64,000 bases of DNA from an uncultured bacterium (GCA_913050325.1 CAJWZP010000005.1:45092-109091); one strand, 5' to 3'. Shown: positions 9,682-19,619, counted from the first letter of the stretch. The notes: a model not told the origin generated them from the sequence alone. Program-made: numbers and translations.

Positions 9682-10739
9682 TGACTTGGTGGGTAGAACC
9701 AGTTCTCTGGTTTTCCTGCGTTTCCATGAACACATTTAAATATCAGAGAAAAATTTATCATATTCAAGAATATTAAAATTCTGGATATATTTGGCAATCC
9801 TATTATACTTTTTCTTTTTTCTTTAATCCTTGTTTGTAATGATGGTATAGGATAAAAAATTAACTCAATTTTTTTATTGATAGTATCATTTTTATCTTGA
9901 TTTTTTTCATAGATTTTTATATTTTCTTCAAAGGTTTTTTTATCTATATTCTCCATATGAATGTCAACATTAAGGACTCCCTTTTGACTGATGTTTGGGA
10001 GTAATAGTATATAAATAAATGATAAGAGATTAAAAATACAACAACCAATAATAATAGTTTGGTGTGGGTTTGAAAAAACTTTTATTAATAATGAAAAAAT
10101 TACTGTTGAAAATAATGTGTTAATTATTAAAGCAGAAAAAATTACTTTTTTATTAATTCCATGATCGATAGAATATTTATATCTGCTTATTTCAAAATTA
10201 TAATTTTTTTCGTTTTCACTAAACCAATAATCTGGTACAAAAATTCTATCATTATATAAATTTGTGATAATTCCCATTGTTATGTAAGAAGGGGAATTTA
10301 GTATTTTGCTTACATTTATGTTATTTACACTAGTATTTTTACAACTATAAAAAGTAGTGATATATATTTTTTGAGTTAATAAAATGAAAATTTGTCCGGA
10401 TAAAATTATTAATAATAAATTTATAAAATTAAGACTTTTGTAGCTAAAAAATAATATTGTTGCAAATAAAGTAAGAATTAAATAAATCAAAAAATTATTT
10501 AATAAAATTTTTTTCATTGAATATTCGTTTGATAAATTAACTTTTTTTGCAGTAATAATATCAAGAGGCAAAGTTATTAAAATATAAAGAAAAAGAAATA
10601 AAATTAATGATAAATATGATGAACCAAATAAATTAATATAAAAATTTGTAAAGTTCGAAAAAATTATAAATAAAGATATGGTGACTAAAATACCAACATT
10701 TATAATTCCATAAAAAAGTTTCTTATCTCTAAATTTCAT
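9678..10739 (-). CDS. polytopic membrane protein, function unknown
   Basis: 353 aa with multiple hydrophobic helices separated by two soluble loops. I recognise no catalytic motif. Overlaps the upstream gene by 11 nt and the downstream gene by ATGA. Confidence 0.6.
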   Translation of the reverse strand: MKFRDKKLFYGIINVGILVTISLFIIFSNFTNFYINLFGSSYLSLILFLFLYILITLPLDIITAKKVNLSNEYSMKKILLNNFLIYLILTLFATILFFSYKSLNFINLLLIILSGQIFILLTQKIYITTFYSCKNTSVNNINVSKILNSPSYITMGIITNLYNDRIFVPDYWFSENEKNYNFEISRYKYSIDHGINKKVIFSALIINTLFSTVIFSLLIKVFSNPHQTIIIGCCIFNLLSFIYILLLPNISQKGVLNVDIHMENIDKKTFEENIKIYEKNQDKNDTINKKIELIFYPIPSLQTRIKEKRKSIIGLPNISRILIFLNMINFSLIFKCVHGNAGKPENWFYPPSQ

Positions 10740-11694
10740 ATTTTATATATTTTTCGGCCATTGAAATCCCTGATCTTATTGCGCCATCCACTTTACCATT
10801 TGTAAAAATATCTCCACAAATTCCTATAAACCCTGATGAATCTAAAATTAAAGAGCTATCTTTCTGATAAAAATTTTTTGGTATAGAATATCTCCATTTA
10901 TGATTAGACATAACTTCATAATTTAATCCAAAGATATCTTTTAGATTTTTATCTAGAATTTGATTTATTTCTTCATATTCTAAATCAAAATGTTCTAAAC
11001 TAAATTTTGGAGAACATTGAACTGTATAAAAATTTTCGATTTCAGATACCTTTTTTAGGTAATTGTCCCCGACCCATGATATATTTTTAAAATCTAATTC
11101 CGACCCAAGTTCTTTATTTAGATTTAATAATTTATTTTTTGATTTAATCATGACCACAATGCAGGGGTGATATTCTAATTGTTTCAGTTCATTTAAAGCA
11201 TCATAATCATAATCAATATCACTATTAGAAAGTATTTCAATTGTTTGTGGCATAGGACATGTCAAAATAATATCATCAGTTGGAATTGTTTCGTTATTTT
11301 CAAAATTAAGAATATAATGACCCTTATCTTTATTAATAGATAAAAGTTTATGTTCTTTTTTTATATCAAAATCTTTTAAAAGAAATTTTGCAATATTGGT
11401 CATACCAGTTGGTGAAAAAAATCTTTCAGATTCTCCATTATTTGTAATAATATTATTATTTATAAGTTTTTCTATTTCTTTTAAATTACTTATTTCATTT
11501 ATTTTCATATACTGAGCGCCATGATCAAACCTACCACCATCAGCTCTTCGCGTAGCTAACCTACCACCTAACCCTCTTGCTTTATCAAATACTTGGATTC
11601 TCACACTTAATGCTTCACTTATTCTTAAACAAGAGAAAATAGAACTTAGTCCAGTTCCAATTATAGATACAGTTCTTTCATTATTTTTTTTCAT
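10729..11694 (-). CDS. NAD/FAD-dependent oxidoreductase, renalase-like (COG3380-type)
   Basis: VSIIGTGLSS...VFDKARGLGGRLATRR...RFDHGAQY is the pattern of the bacterial renalase-like flavoprotein family; C-terminal GDIF...VDGAIRSG. Confidence 0.7.
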   Translation of the reverse strand: MKKNNERTVSIIGTGLSSIFSCLRISEALSVRIQVFDKARGLGGRLATRRADGGRFDHGAQYMKINEISNLKEIEKLINNNIITNNGESERFFSPTGMTNIAKFLLKDFDIKKEHKLLSINKDKGHYILNFENNETIPTDDIILTCPMPQTIEILSNSDIDYDYDALNELKQLEYHPCIVVMIKSKNKLLNLNKELGSELDFKNISWVGDNYLKKVSEIENFYTVQCSPKFSLEHFDLEYEEINQILDKNLKDIFGLNYEVMSNHKWRYSIPKNFYQKDSSLILDSSGFIGICGDIFTNGKVDGAIRSGISMAEKYIKYEI

Positions 11695-11733
11695 CCCATA
11701 TTTTAACCAAAGATTGTGTATATTTTAAGGTAA

Positions 11734-12966
11734 ATGAAAAAATTTTTTTCTTTTTTTAATGCACTTGGTCCTTCAATTCTATGGGCCTCTGCTGCTATTG
11801 GAGTATCTCATATTGTTCAATCAACTAGAGCAGGTGCAAATTTTGGGTATTTAATGATTATTGTTGTACTATTAGCAAATTTTCTTAAATATCCTTTCTT
11901 TGAATTCTCTACAAGATATACAGTTGTAAAAAATGAAACTGTATTAGATGGATATAAAAAGATTGGAAACTGGGCAATATATTTATTCTCTGCTTTAACT
12001 ATTTTAACAATGTTTACAATCCAAGCTGGTGTAACTAGAGTCACTGCAGCCATTATGAAGAATGGATTATCCTTAGACTTTAATCATATTATTTGTTCAA
12101 TTTTAATATTAATACTTTGTAGTTTAATAATTTTATTTATTAGAAGAAATTTTTTTGATTCTTTTGTAAAAGCATTAGTTATGATTCTTATAATTTCTAC
12201 TCTTATATCTTTATTCCTGACTTTTGATATTAATAATAAAGTTGAGAATTTTGTTGAACCTCAATTATTATCATATTTAGGTATTAGTTTCTTAATAGCA
12301 TTAATCGGCTGGATGCCTTCACCTTTGGACTTATCGGCATGGTCTTCAATATGGATTATTGATAAAAGAAAAAGTGGTAGCGAGGTTAGTTTAAAAGATA
12401 ATAGTTTTGATTTTAATTTTTCTTATATTTGGACATCTATATTGGCTTGCGCTTTTGTTATTTTAGGTGCGAATGTTTTTTATGGAAGTGGTGTTGACTT
12501 TGCTAGTTCTTCATCAAAGTTTGTTAATCAATTAGTAAAATTATATGGTTCTTTAGGTTCATGGGCGGAGAGTATTATTTTGATAACCGCTTTTTCTACA
12601 ATGTTTAGTACGACTCTTACATGCTTGGATGCTTTTCCTAAAGTTTTAAAAAAATGCTTTGAACTTATTTTACCAAATTTTAAAAAAAGTGAGTTCTTTT
12701 ATATGACTTTTGTTATCTTCGGTACAATATTGACTTTACTTTTTTTAGGACAACAGATGAGATTTTTAATTGATTTAGCAACGATTTTATCCTTTTTAAC
12801 AGCCCCATTTATAGCGGTATTAAATTTTAAATTAATTTATAACAAAGACTTTCCGAACAAATATTTACCAAGTAGCTTTTTTAAATATTTAGCAATTTCT
12901 GGAATCTTCTTTTTAATAGTTTTTAGTATAATATTTATTTGTAATGTCTTTGGATTATTTTTTTAA
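11734..12966 (+). CDS. NRAMP-family-like transporter (non-canonical metal site)
   Basis: 410 aa, about 11 TM. The N-terminal LGPSILWASAAIGVSHIVQSTRAGANFGY aligns by eye to NRAMP TM1 (GPGFL...DPGN...), but the DPGN motif is replaced by GVSH. Confidence 0.6.
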   Translation: MKKFFSFFNALGPSILWASAAIGVSHIVQSTRAGANFGYLMIIVVLLANFLKYPFFEFSTRYTVVKNETVLDGYKKIGNWAIYLFSALTILTMFTIQAGVTRVTAAIMKNGLSLDFNHIICSILILILCSLIILFIRRNFFDSFVKALVMILIISTLISLFLTFDINNKVENFVEPQLLSYLGISFLIALIGWMPSPLDLSAWSSIWIIDKRKSGSEVSLKDNSFDFNFSYIWTSILACAFVILGANVFYGSGVDFASSSSKFVNQLVKLYGSLGSWAESIILITAFSTMFSTTLTCLDAFPKVLKKCFELILPNFKKSEFFYMTFVIFGTILTLLFLGQQMRFLIDLATILSFLTAPFIAVLNFKLIYNKDFPNKYLPSSFFKYLAISGIFFLIVFSIIFICNVFGLFF

Positions 12967-12980
12967 GTTATAATATTTAT

Positions 12981-13223
12981 ATGAATGAATTATATATTAA
13001 AGAGAAAATTCAAGGTGGACTTAAAGATTCAATAGTTGAAGTTACAGGAGATGGTACTCATTTTGAAGCCTTAATTGTTAGTCCAGAATTTGAAGGAAAG
13101 AACACTCTCCAAAGACATAAGCTTGTATATTCTATTTTACAAGAGGAGATGAAGGAAGCTATTCACGCTTTATCAATGAAAACTTTAACTGTTGATGAAG
13201 CTAAGGAGAAAAATATTGAGTGA
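12981..13223 (+). CDS. bolA: BolA family protein
   Basis: 80 aa; ...[31 protein letters not shown]...[10 protein letters not shown] is the BolA signature. Confidence 0.85.
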   Translation: MNELYIKEKIQGGLKDSIVEVTGDGTHFEALIVSPEFEGKNTLQRHKLVYSILQEEMKEAIHALSMKTLTVDEAKEKNIE

Positions 13224-13524
13224 TACAATAGATAATATTCAGAAAACTATAAATGAGAATAAAATTGTACTATATATGAAAGGTACGCCTGAATCGCCGC
13301 AGTGTGGATTTTCATCAAGAGTAGTTCAGATTTTAAATGAACTTGGCACTATGTATATATCTTTTGATGTTTTAGCTGATCCCGACTTAAGATCTGGAAT
13401 TAAAGAATTTTCAAATTGGCCTACTATTCCACAGCTTTATGTAAATGGTGAGTTTGTGGGTGGTTGTGACATTTGTGTAGAGCTTTATACAAATGGAGAA
13501 CTTGCAGGTATTTTAGAAAAATAA
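13216..13524 (+). CDS. grxD: monothiol glutaredoxin (Grx4 family, CGFS)
   Basis: Active site PQCGFS and [19 protein letters not shown] prefer the TTG at 13216, preceded by AAGGAG (13203..13208). The track ATG at 13192 is the alternative. Confidence 0.88.
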   Translation: MSDTIDNIQKTINENKIVLYMKGTPESPQCGFSSRVVQILNELGTMYISFDVLADPDLRSGIKEFSNWPTIPQLYVNGEFVGGCDICVELYTNGELAGILEK

Positions 13525-13527
13525 ATA

Positions 13528-16191
13528 ATGGCTAAAACTCTTTATATACTTGATGCTAGCTCTTATGTTTTTAGAGCTTATCATGCTGTTAGTTTTTTAA
13601 GTAATTCCAAAGGTTTCCCCACAAATGCAATTTATGGTTTCATAAATATGATTAATAAATTCATTAGTGAAGTATCACCAGAGTATTTTGTGGCGGTTTT
13701 TGATTCCGGAGGAAAATCTTTTAGAAATGATATTTATCCCGAATATAAAGCTAACAGGGGCGATGCACCAGAAGATATATCACTGCAATTTCCAAAAATA
13801 ATTGAATATTTAAAACTTAGAGGAATTAAGGTTATGTCTTTAGAAAATTACGAAGCGGATGATATAATTGGTTCAATCTCTGAAAAGTATAGTAAAAAAA
13901 TAAAAATTGTAATAATATCGGGCGACAAAGATTTTACTCAATTAATTTCTCGTAATGTATCTATGCTAGATACAATGAAAAATAAAATAATTGATAATAA
14001 AGAAGTTGAAACTAAATACGGTTTAAAGCCTGGTCAAATGATTGACTATTTTTCATTAGTTGGAGATTCTGTTGATAATATTCCAGGTGTAAAAGGCATT
14101 GGTCCAAAGACTGCTCAAATTTTGATTAGTGAATTTAAAAATTTAGATTCTCTTTACAAGAATATTAAAAAAGTTAATAAAGAAAGAATTAAAAACCTTT
14201 TAATAGATTCAAAAGATGACGCTTATTTAAGTAAAGAATTAATAACTATTGAAAAAAATATAAAATTAGAAGATAAAATAAAGGATTTTGTAATTTTAGA
14301 TGAAAAAATTAATGAATTAAATGATTTTTTTTCAGATTTAGAATTTGACTCAATGATTAAAGCAAGTGAAGAAGCACCTAAAAAAATACTTAAAATAAAT
14401 CATAAAATAATACAGTCTGTAGAAGAATTTGATGTTTTTTTGAGAACATTAAAGAAATATGACGAAATTTCATTAGATTTAGAAACAACATCTTTAAACC
14501 CTATGGATGCTGATATTGTAGGTATTTCTTTTACATTTGAAGAAGAAAAATCATATTATATACCATTACAGCATAGTGAGGATTCTCCACAATTAGAAAT
14601 TGATTTTGTAATAAAAAAATTAAAAAAATATTTAGAAAGTGATAAAGTCAAAAAGATTGGTCAAAATTTAAAATATGAGATATTAGTTTTTGAGAAATAC
14701 AATATACATCTTGGTGGCATTTTTTTTGATACAATGGTTGCTGCTCATTATTTAGATAGTTCTTTACAGAGTTATAGTTTAGATAATTTATCGAGAAGAT
14801 TTTTAAATCATAAAATGATTTCTTTTAAAGAGATAACAACAATTAATAAAAAGAAAATTAACTTTAAAGATGTTCCAATATTAGATGCTGCCGAATATTC
14901 ATGTGAAGATTCTTTTATTACTTACAAACTTTATAAAATTTTATCAAACCTTATAAATACCGAAAATAATATGAATATTTTTATAAAAAATGAAATGCCT
15001 TTTGTTCAAGTTCTTGCTGCCTTAGAAAATAGAGGTGTTTATATTGACACTGTGAAATTAAATAGAATTTCAAAAAAATTTGAAAAATTAATTGTAAATA
15101 TAGAAAAAAATATATATAAAATGATAGGGAAAGAGATTAATATTAATTCAACATTACAGTTAAGAGACATATTATTTAATGAACTAAATCTAAAACCATT
15201 CAAAAAGACTAAAAAAGGCGAATTTTCAACCGATTCAGAGTCTTTACAAAGTATGTCTTCCCAACATAAAGTTATTGAAGAGATACTATCTTTTAGATTT
15301 TATTCAAAGTTAAAATCTACTTATTTGGATTCATTACCTGTTTTGATTTCCAAAACCTCAAATAGAATTCATACATCGTATAATCAAACTGGAACTTCAA
15401 CAGGTAGACTTTCATCAAGTAATCCCAATCTTCAAAATATCCCTATAAAATCATCTGAAGGTAAACAAATCCGGGAATCTTTTGTTTCACAGGATAAGAA
15501 GTCGATAATAATTTCTGCTGATTATTCCCAAATTGAACTTCGCCTTTTGGCTCATTTTTCAAAAGATGAAACAATGATTAAAAGTTATACAAATAATGAA
15601 GATATTCATAAAAACACAGCTAGTGAAATATTCAATGTTTCAAATAATATGATTACTGAAGATCAAAGAAGATTAGCAAAAACTATTAATTTTGGAATAA
15701 TCTATGGGATAGGTCCAAAAAGGTTAGCTTTACAAATTAATAGTGACAATAAAACAGCAAAAGATTATATTGAAAAGTATTTTGAAAAATACCCAAATGT
15801 TCAAACTTTCTTTCAAGAATCCATTAATATTTCAAGAGAAAAAGGATATGCAGAAACAATTTTAAATAGAAGAAGATATTTAAAAGATATTACATCTAAA
15901 AATTATTTAGTAAGATCTGCCAGTGAAAGAGCCGCAATAAACACACCAATTCAAGGCTCAGCTGCGGATATCATTAAATTAGCAATGATAGATTTACATA
16001 ATGATAAATTTATAGTTAATAACTCCAAATTAATTATTCAAGTTCATGATGAATTGGTTTTTGAATGTAACGAATCAGTGTATGATGAATTAAAAGTAAA
16101 AATTAAAAATCACATGGAAAATTGTTATAAACTAAAAGTTCCTCTAAAAGTTGATATAAACAAAGGTCAATCATGGTCAGACGCACATTAA
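13528..16191 (+). CDS. polA: DNA polymerase I
   Basis: 887 aa. 5' nuclease domain (SGDKDFTQL), 3'-5' exo motifs (DLETT, NLKYE, YSCED), polymerase motifs DYSQIELRLLAH and QVHDELVFE. Confidence 0.97.
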   Translation: MAKTLYILDASSYVFRAYHAVSFLSNSKGFPTNAIYGFINMINKFISEVSPEYFVAVFDSGGKSFRNDIYPEYKANRGDAPEDISLQFPKIIEYLKLRGIKVMSLENYEADDIIGSISEKYSKKIKIVIISGDKDFTQLISRNVSMLDTMKNKIIDNKEVETKYGLKPGQMIDYFSLVGDSVDNIPGVKGIGPKTAQILISEFKNLDSLYKNIKKVNKERIKNLLIDSKDDAYLSKELITIEKNIKLEDKIKDFVILDEKINELNDFFSDLEFDSMIKASEEAPKKILKINHKIIQSVEEFDVFLRTLKKYDEISLDLETTSLNPMDADIVGISFTFEEEKSYYIPLQHSEDSPQLEIDFVIKKLKKYLESDKVKKIGQNLKYEILVFEKYNIHLGGIFFDTMVAAHYLDSSLQSYSLDNLSRRFLNHKMISFKEITTINKKKINFKDVPILDAAEYSCEDSFITYKLYKILSNLINTENNMNIFIKNEMPFVQVLAALENRGVYIDTVKLNRISKKFEKLIVNIEKNIYKMIGKEININSTLQLRDILFNELNLKPFKKTKKGEFSTDSESLQSMSSQHKVIEEILSFRFYSKLKSTYLDSLPVLISKTSNRIHTSYNQTGTSTGRLSSSNPNLQNIPIKSSEGKQIRESFVSQDKKSIIISADYSQIELRLLAHFSKDETMIKSYTNNEDIHKNTASEIFNVSNNMITEDQRRLAKTINFGIIYGIGPKRLALQINSDNKTAKDYIEKYFEKYPNVQTFFQESINISREKGYAETILNRRRYLKDITSKNYLVRSASERAAINTPIQGSAADIIKLAMIDLHNDKFIVNNSKLIIQVHDELVFECNESVYDELKVKIKNHMENCYKLKVPLKVDINKGQSWSDAH

Positions 16192-17393
16192 TATTTTTAA
16201 TTATATGTTTTGTTAGTACTTTTAATTCACAATCACAATCCTTAAAGAGTATCTTAAAATCACAAACCGAAATTTCCCCAAATTTATCAATTTATGTAAA
16301 AAATTTATCTAAGAATAAGAAAATTATCAGCTATCAAGATCAAAAAAAAATGGTACCTGCATCAAACCAAAAAATCGTCACAACGATTGCTGCCTTACAA
16401 TTTTTAGGACCTAATTATAGGTTCAAGACTTCATTTTTTTTAACTGGTAAAATTCAAAAAAATGGAATCAATTATGGGAATATTTATGTTGATACAAAAG
16501 GAGATCCAACATTATCTAGTTCTAAATTAAAAAAACTCATTAAATTTTATAAGAATCAAGGACTAAAAGAGATAAAAGGGAATATTATAATTAATAGTAA
16601 CTATTATGAAAAACCATATTATAATTCAACTTGGAAAAAATCATGGAAAGGCCTATCTTGGGCACCATATATTTCATCAATAGCTATAAATAACAATCTT
16701 TATAACTCAGGAGATAATCTTTATCTAACAGATAACCCTCTATATCTATTAGGCATCATAATTAAAAGAGAATTGAATAAAGCTAATATTCTATTTAATG
16801 GAAAAGTGATTATTAAAAAAATTTCATTTCTTGATAAGATTAATCCTTTCAAAATAAAGCAGCACATATATTCCGATGAATTATCTAAAATAATTACTGT
16901 TATAAATAAAGATAGTAACAATTTATATGCTGAAAATTTATTTAAAAAACTATCTGCAAATTATTTAAGAGATGAAGGTTCATGGAGGAATTCACAAAAA
17001 ATAGTAAGATTTTTATTAAATAAAAAAGTTGGAATTAAAAATTCATCTTTTAATATTGAAGATGGCTCTGGTCTTTCTCCTTTTAATACAATATCTACTC
17101 ATGGAATGGTTAAATTATTAGAGTTTGTATCTAAAGAATCTTATTTCGATGATTTTTATGATTCTCTTCCAATTGGTGGAAAGGACGGAACTTTAAATAA
17201 AAGATTTAAAACTAAACCCCTATATTTAAATATAAGAGCTAAGACAGGATATATAAAAGGTGTAAGCTCATTATCAGGTTACATCGTAGGAAAAAATAAT
17301 GACTTATACGCTTTTTCAATTATTGTAAATAATCATAATTATTCTATTAGAGACTTTATGGAAAGGATTCTAACAGCAGTCTATTATCTCTAA
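16173..17393 (+). CDS. dacB: D-alanyl-D-alanine carboxypeptidase/endopeptidase (PBP4, peptidase S13)
   Basis: SxxK in PASNQKIVTT, KTG in KTGYIKGV, N-terminal signal-like segment. Overlaps the polA 3' end by 19 nt. Confidence 0.8.
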   Translation: MVRRTLIFLIICFVSTFNSQSQSLKSILKSQTEISPNLSIYVKNLSKNKKIISYQDQKKMVPASNQKIVTTIAALQFLGPNYRFKTSFFLTGKIQKNGINYGNIYVDTKGDPTLSSSKLKKLIKFYKNQGLKEIKGNIIINSNYYEKPYYNSTWKKSWKGLSWAPYISSIAINNNLYNSGDNLYLTDNPLYLLGIIIKRELNKANILFNGKVIIKKISFLDKINPFKIKQHIYSDELSKIITVINKDSNNLYAENLFKKLSANYLRDEGSWRNSQKIVRFLLNKKVGIKNSSFNIEDGSGLSPFNTISTHGMVKLLEFVSKESYFDDFYDSLPIGGKDGTLNKRFKTKPLYLNIRAKTGYIKGVSSLSGYIVGKNNDLYAFSIIVNNHNYSIRDFMERILTAVYYL

Positions 17394-18191
17394 TTCCTTA
17401 AATAATTCTATGAAAAGTTCAGGTTTTATCTTTTCCGGTCTTAAAATTGGATCTATATTAAGTTTTGAAAGTATTTTAAGAGTTTTTTTCTTATCATATT
17501 TTGTAATTAAATTATTTATTATTGTTTTCCTATTTGAACTAAAAGAAATACTTAGAAAAGTTGATAAATTTTTCATATTTTTTTGTGAAAAACTGACTTT
17601 TTTAGGTGAGAAATATAGTAATGAAGATTTAATTTTTGGTGGCGGCCAAAAATCTATTTCTTTTAATTTTAAAACTTCTTTTATATTAAAAAAATAATTC
17701 GACCTAATGGATAATTGTGAAGCCTTAGTCTTTTTTTTTAATATTTTATCTGCTACTTCTTTTTGGAACATAAATATTCCGTCTATTTCACTATTTAAAA
17801 AAAAATCCATATATTTATTTAATATCTTTGATGAGATATTATAGGGTAAATTTCCAAAGATTAGTAAATTTCTTTTGTTAAATTGAGAAAAATCAGTTTT
17901 TAAAATATCTTCATTAAGTAGCTTAATATTTTTATTTTCTTTAAATTTTATATTTAAATACTCATATAAATTTTTATCTTTTTCTATACATATTATAGAT
18001 TTTTTTTTATTTATAATTTCAGATGTTAAGGCACCTAAACCGGGTCCAATTTCTAAAACTTCTTGAGATTTATGTTCTGAAATCAATTCTGATATTTTTT
18101 TAATTTTGCTTTTTCTGATTAAAAAATTTTGACCTAAGTTCTTGTTAGGTTTAATCCCTAAATTTTTTAATTCTTCATTAATCTTTAACAT
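17370..18191 (-). CDS. rsmA: 16S rRNA (adenine1518/1519-N6)-dimethyltransferase
   Basis: LGQNFL and SAM motif VLEIGPGLGALT; NLPYNISS. Confidence 0.92.
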   Translation of the reverse strand: MLKINEELKNLGIKPNKNLGQNFLIRKSKIKKISELISEHKSQEVLEIGPGLGALTSEIINKKKSIICIEKDKNLYEYLNIKFKENKNIKLLNEDILKTDFSQFNKRNLLIFGNLPYNISSKILNKYMDFFLNSEIDGIFMFQKEVADKILKKKTKASQLSIRSNYFFNIKEVLKLKEIDFWPPPKIKSSLLYFSPKKVSFSQKNMKNLSTFLSISFSSNRKTIINNLITKYDKKKTLKILSKLNIDPILRPEKIKPELFIELFKELEIIDCC

Positions 18192-18467
18192 TTATTTCTT
18201 ATTTCTAATAAATTTATAAACTATTTCATTTTCTTTTATCATTCCCAGTTTTTGTCTTGCGACTAATAATATATAGGTTGGATTATTTTCCAATAGGTCT
18301 ATTTCTTTACTTAATCTTACATTCTCTTTCTTAATTTTTTTACTATTAAAGACAATATCATGATTTTGTTTATTAAGATATTTTATATGTACGAAATTTT
18401 TCAATAAAAGACCTGATAAAATAAATATAAAAAAAAAGAAAGCTGGTTGTAAATATTTCTTATACAT
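18192..18467 (-). CDS. ftsB: septum-formation initiator (FtsB/DivIC-like)
   Basis: 91 aa. N-terminal TM followed by a short coiled coil, then ...ARQKLGMIKENE, typical of FtsB. Confidence 0.6.
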   Translation of the reverse strand: MYKKYLQPAFFFFIFILSGLLLKNFVHIKYLNKQNHDIVFNSKKIKKENVRLSKEIDLLENNPTYILLVARQKLGMIKENEIVYKFIRNKK

Positions 18468-19135
18468 TATGCATAGCCCAATAAAAAAGGATTAGATTTT
18501 TTTTCAATACCAACTTGTGTTTCTGGTCCATGACCTGGAAACAATATTGTATCATCAGGTAGGACCATTAATTTTTCATTAATATTTGAAACTAAATCAT
18601 TCATATTAGTGCCCCCTGTTAAATCAACTCTTCCAATACTACCTGCAAAAACAGTATCACCACATATAACAAATTCTTGATCAATCTCTTTATTATATTT
18701 TTTGATGAAGGAAAAACACAAACTTCCTGGAGAATGTCCTGGTACCAATATAGTATTAAATATTAGTCCACCAAAATTCAATTCCTCATTTTCAGTAATA
18801 AATCTATCAACATTTGGAATTTGTGGATTTGAAAATTCTTCTAATCCAAAACGCATTGCTGCATCTGCCATTACATTTATGATTGGAGTTTCATTTTGAT
18901 GAATTAAAAAGGGTGCGTTGTATTTGTTTTTAAAATATTCAACTCCATATATATGATCTAAATGGGCATGAGTATTAATAATTACAACCTTTTTGAATTT
19001 AATATTTGATAAACGTTCCTCTATTTCATTTATCTGACTTCCAGGATCAATAATAATTACTTCATCAGATTCAGACCCCTTTAATATATAAGTATTCTCA
19101 ACAAAAGCTCCACCTGGCACTACAATTAATTCCAT
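18467..19135 (-). CDS. MBL-fold metallo-hydrolase (glyoxalase II-like)
   Basis: HAHLDH (HxHxDH) zinc motif and a later GHSPGS; 222 aa. Confidence 0.8.
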   Translation of the reverse strand: MELIVVPGGAFVENTYILKGSESDEVIIIDPGSQINEIEERLSNIKFKKVVIINTHAHLDHIYGVEYFKNKYNAPFLIHQNETPIINVMADAAMRFGLEEFSNPQIPNVDRFITENEELNFGGLIFNTILVPGHSPGSLCFSFIKKYNKEIDQEFVICGDTVFAGSIGRVDLTGGTNMNDLVSNINEKLMVLPDDTILFPGHGPETQVGIEKKSNPFLLGYA

Positions 19136-19175
19136 AATGAACTAGATTACTATAAAAAATTCATAAGTGTCAATT

Positions 19176-19616
19176 TCATTCAGGAACAATAATTATTTCT
19201 TTTTCAACAAAGAAATTTTTATAAAGTTTAATTTTAACCAAATGGCTCCCAATATTGGAAATTTGATTTTTTATTTCTATATTCTTTTTTTCAATATCTA
19301 CACCGATTCTTTTGAGCTCTGTACTTATATTTTGATTGGTTATTGAACCAAAAAGTTTTCCATCTTTTTCTTTACATTTTATTGTGATTGAATTCTTTTC
19401 AATAATTTCTTTAAATAATTCTGCTTTTTTTAATTTATCGTTTTCTTTTCTATTATTTGAATCTTTTTTTGCTTTTAAATTATTTAAATTTTTATTGTTA
19501 GCTTCTAAAGCTAGATTTTTAGGTATTAAAAAATTTTTAGCCTGACCATCTGCAACTTCAACAATATCATTTTTTTTTCCAATTTTTTTAATGTCTTGAA
19601 GAAGAATAACTTTCAT
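19176..19616 (-). CDS. rplI: 50S ribosomal protein L9
   Basis: MKVILLQDIKKIGKKNDIVEVADGQAKNFLIPKNLA; last gene of rpsF-rpsR-rplI. Confidence 0.93.
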   Translation of the reverse strand: MKVILLQDIKKIGKKNDIVEVADGQAKNFLIPKNLALEANNKNLNNLKAKKDSNNRKENDKLKKAELFKEIIEKNSITIKCKEKDGKLFGSITNQNISTELKRIGVDIEKKNIEIKNQISNIGSHLVKIKLYKNFFVEKEIIIVPE

Positions 19617-19619
19617 AAA

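Noticed and set aside
9678-10739. Degenerate M48/HtpX-like peptidase assignment for the 353-aa membrane protein (C-terminal FYPIPSLQTRI resembles the HPP/S-x-x-RI tail)
   Set aside because: There is no HExxH anywhere in the protein, and one short resemblance is insufficient.
5855-12966. tRNA-Asn-anchored genomic island covering umuDC, the flavoprotein operon and the NRAMP-like gene
   Set aside because: No integrase or recombinase, no direct repeat of the tRNA 3' end that I could spot, and no obvious compositional break. I kept it only as context for other findings.
13192-13215. Upstream ATG start (MMKLRRKI...) for grxD
   Set aside because: It lies deep inside bolA without an RBS. The TTG at 13216 has an AAGGAG at ideal spacing and gives a typical Grx4 N-terminus. 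It remains a possible alternative.
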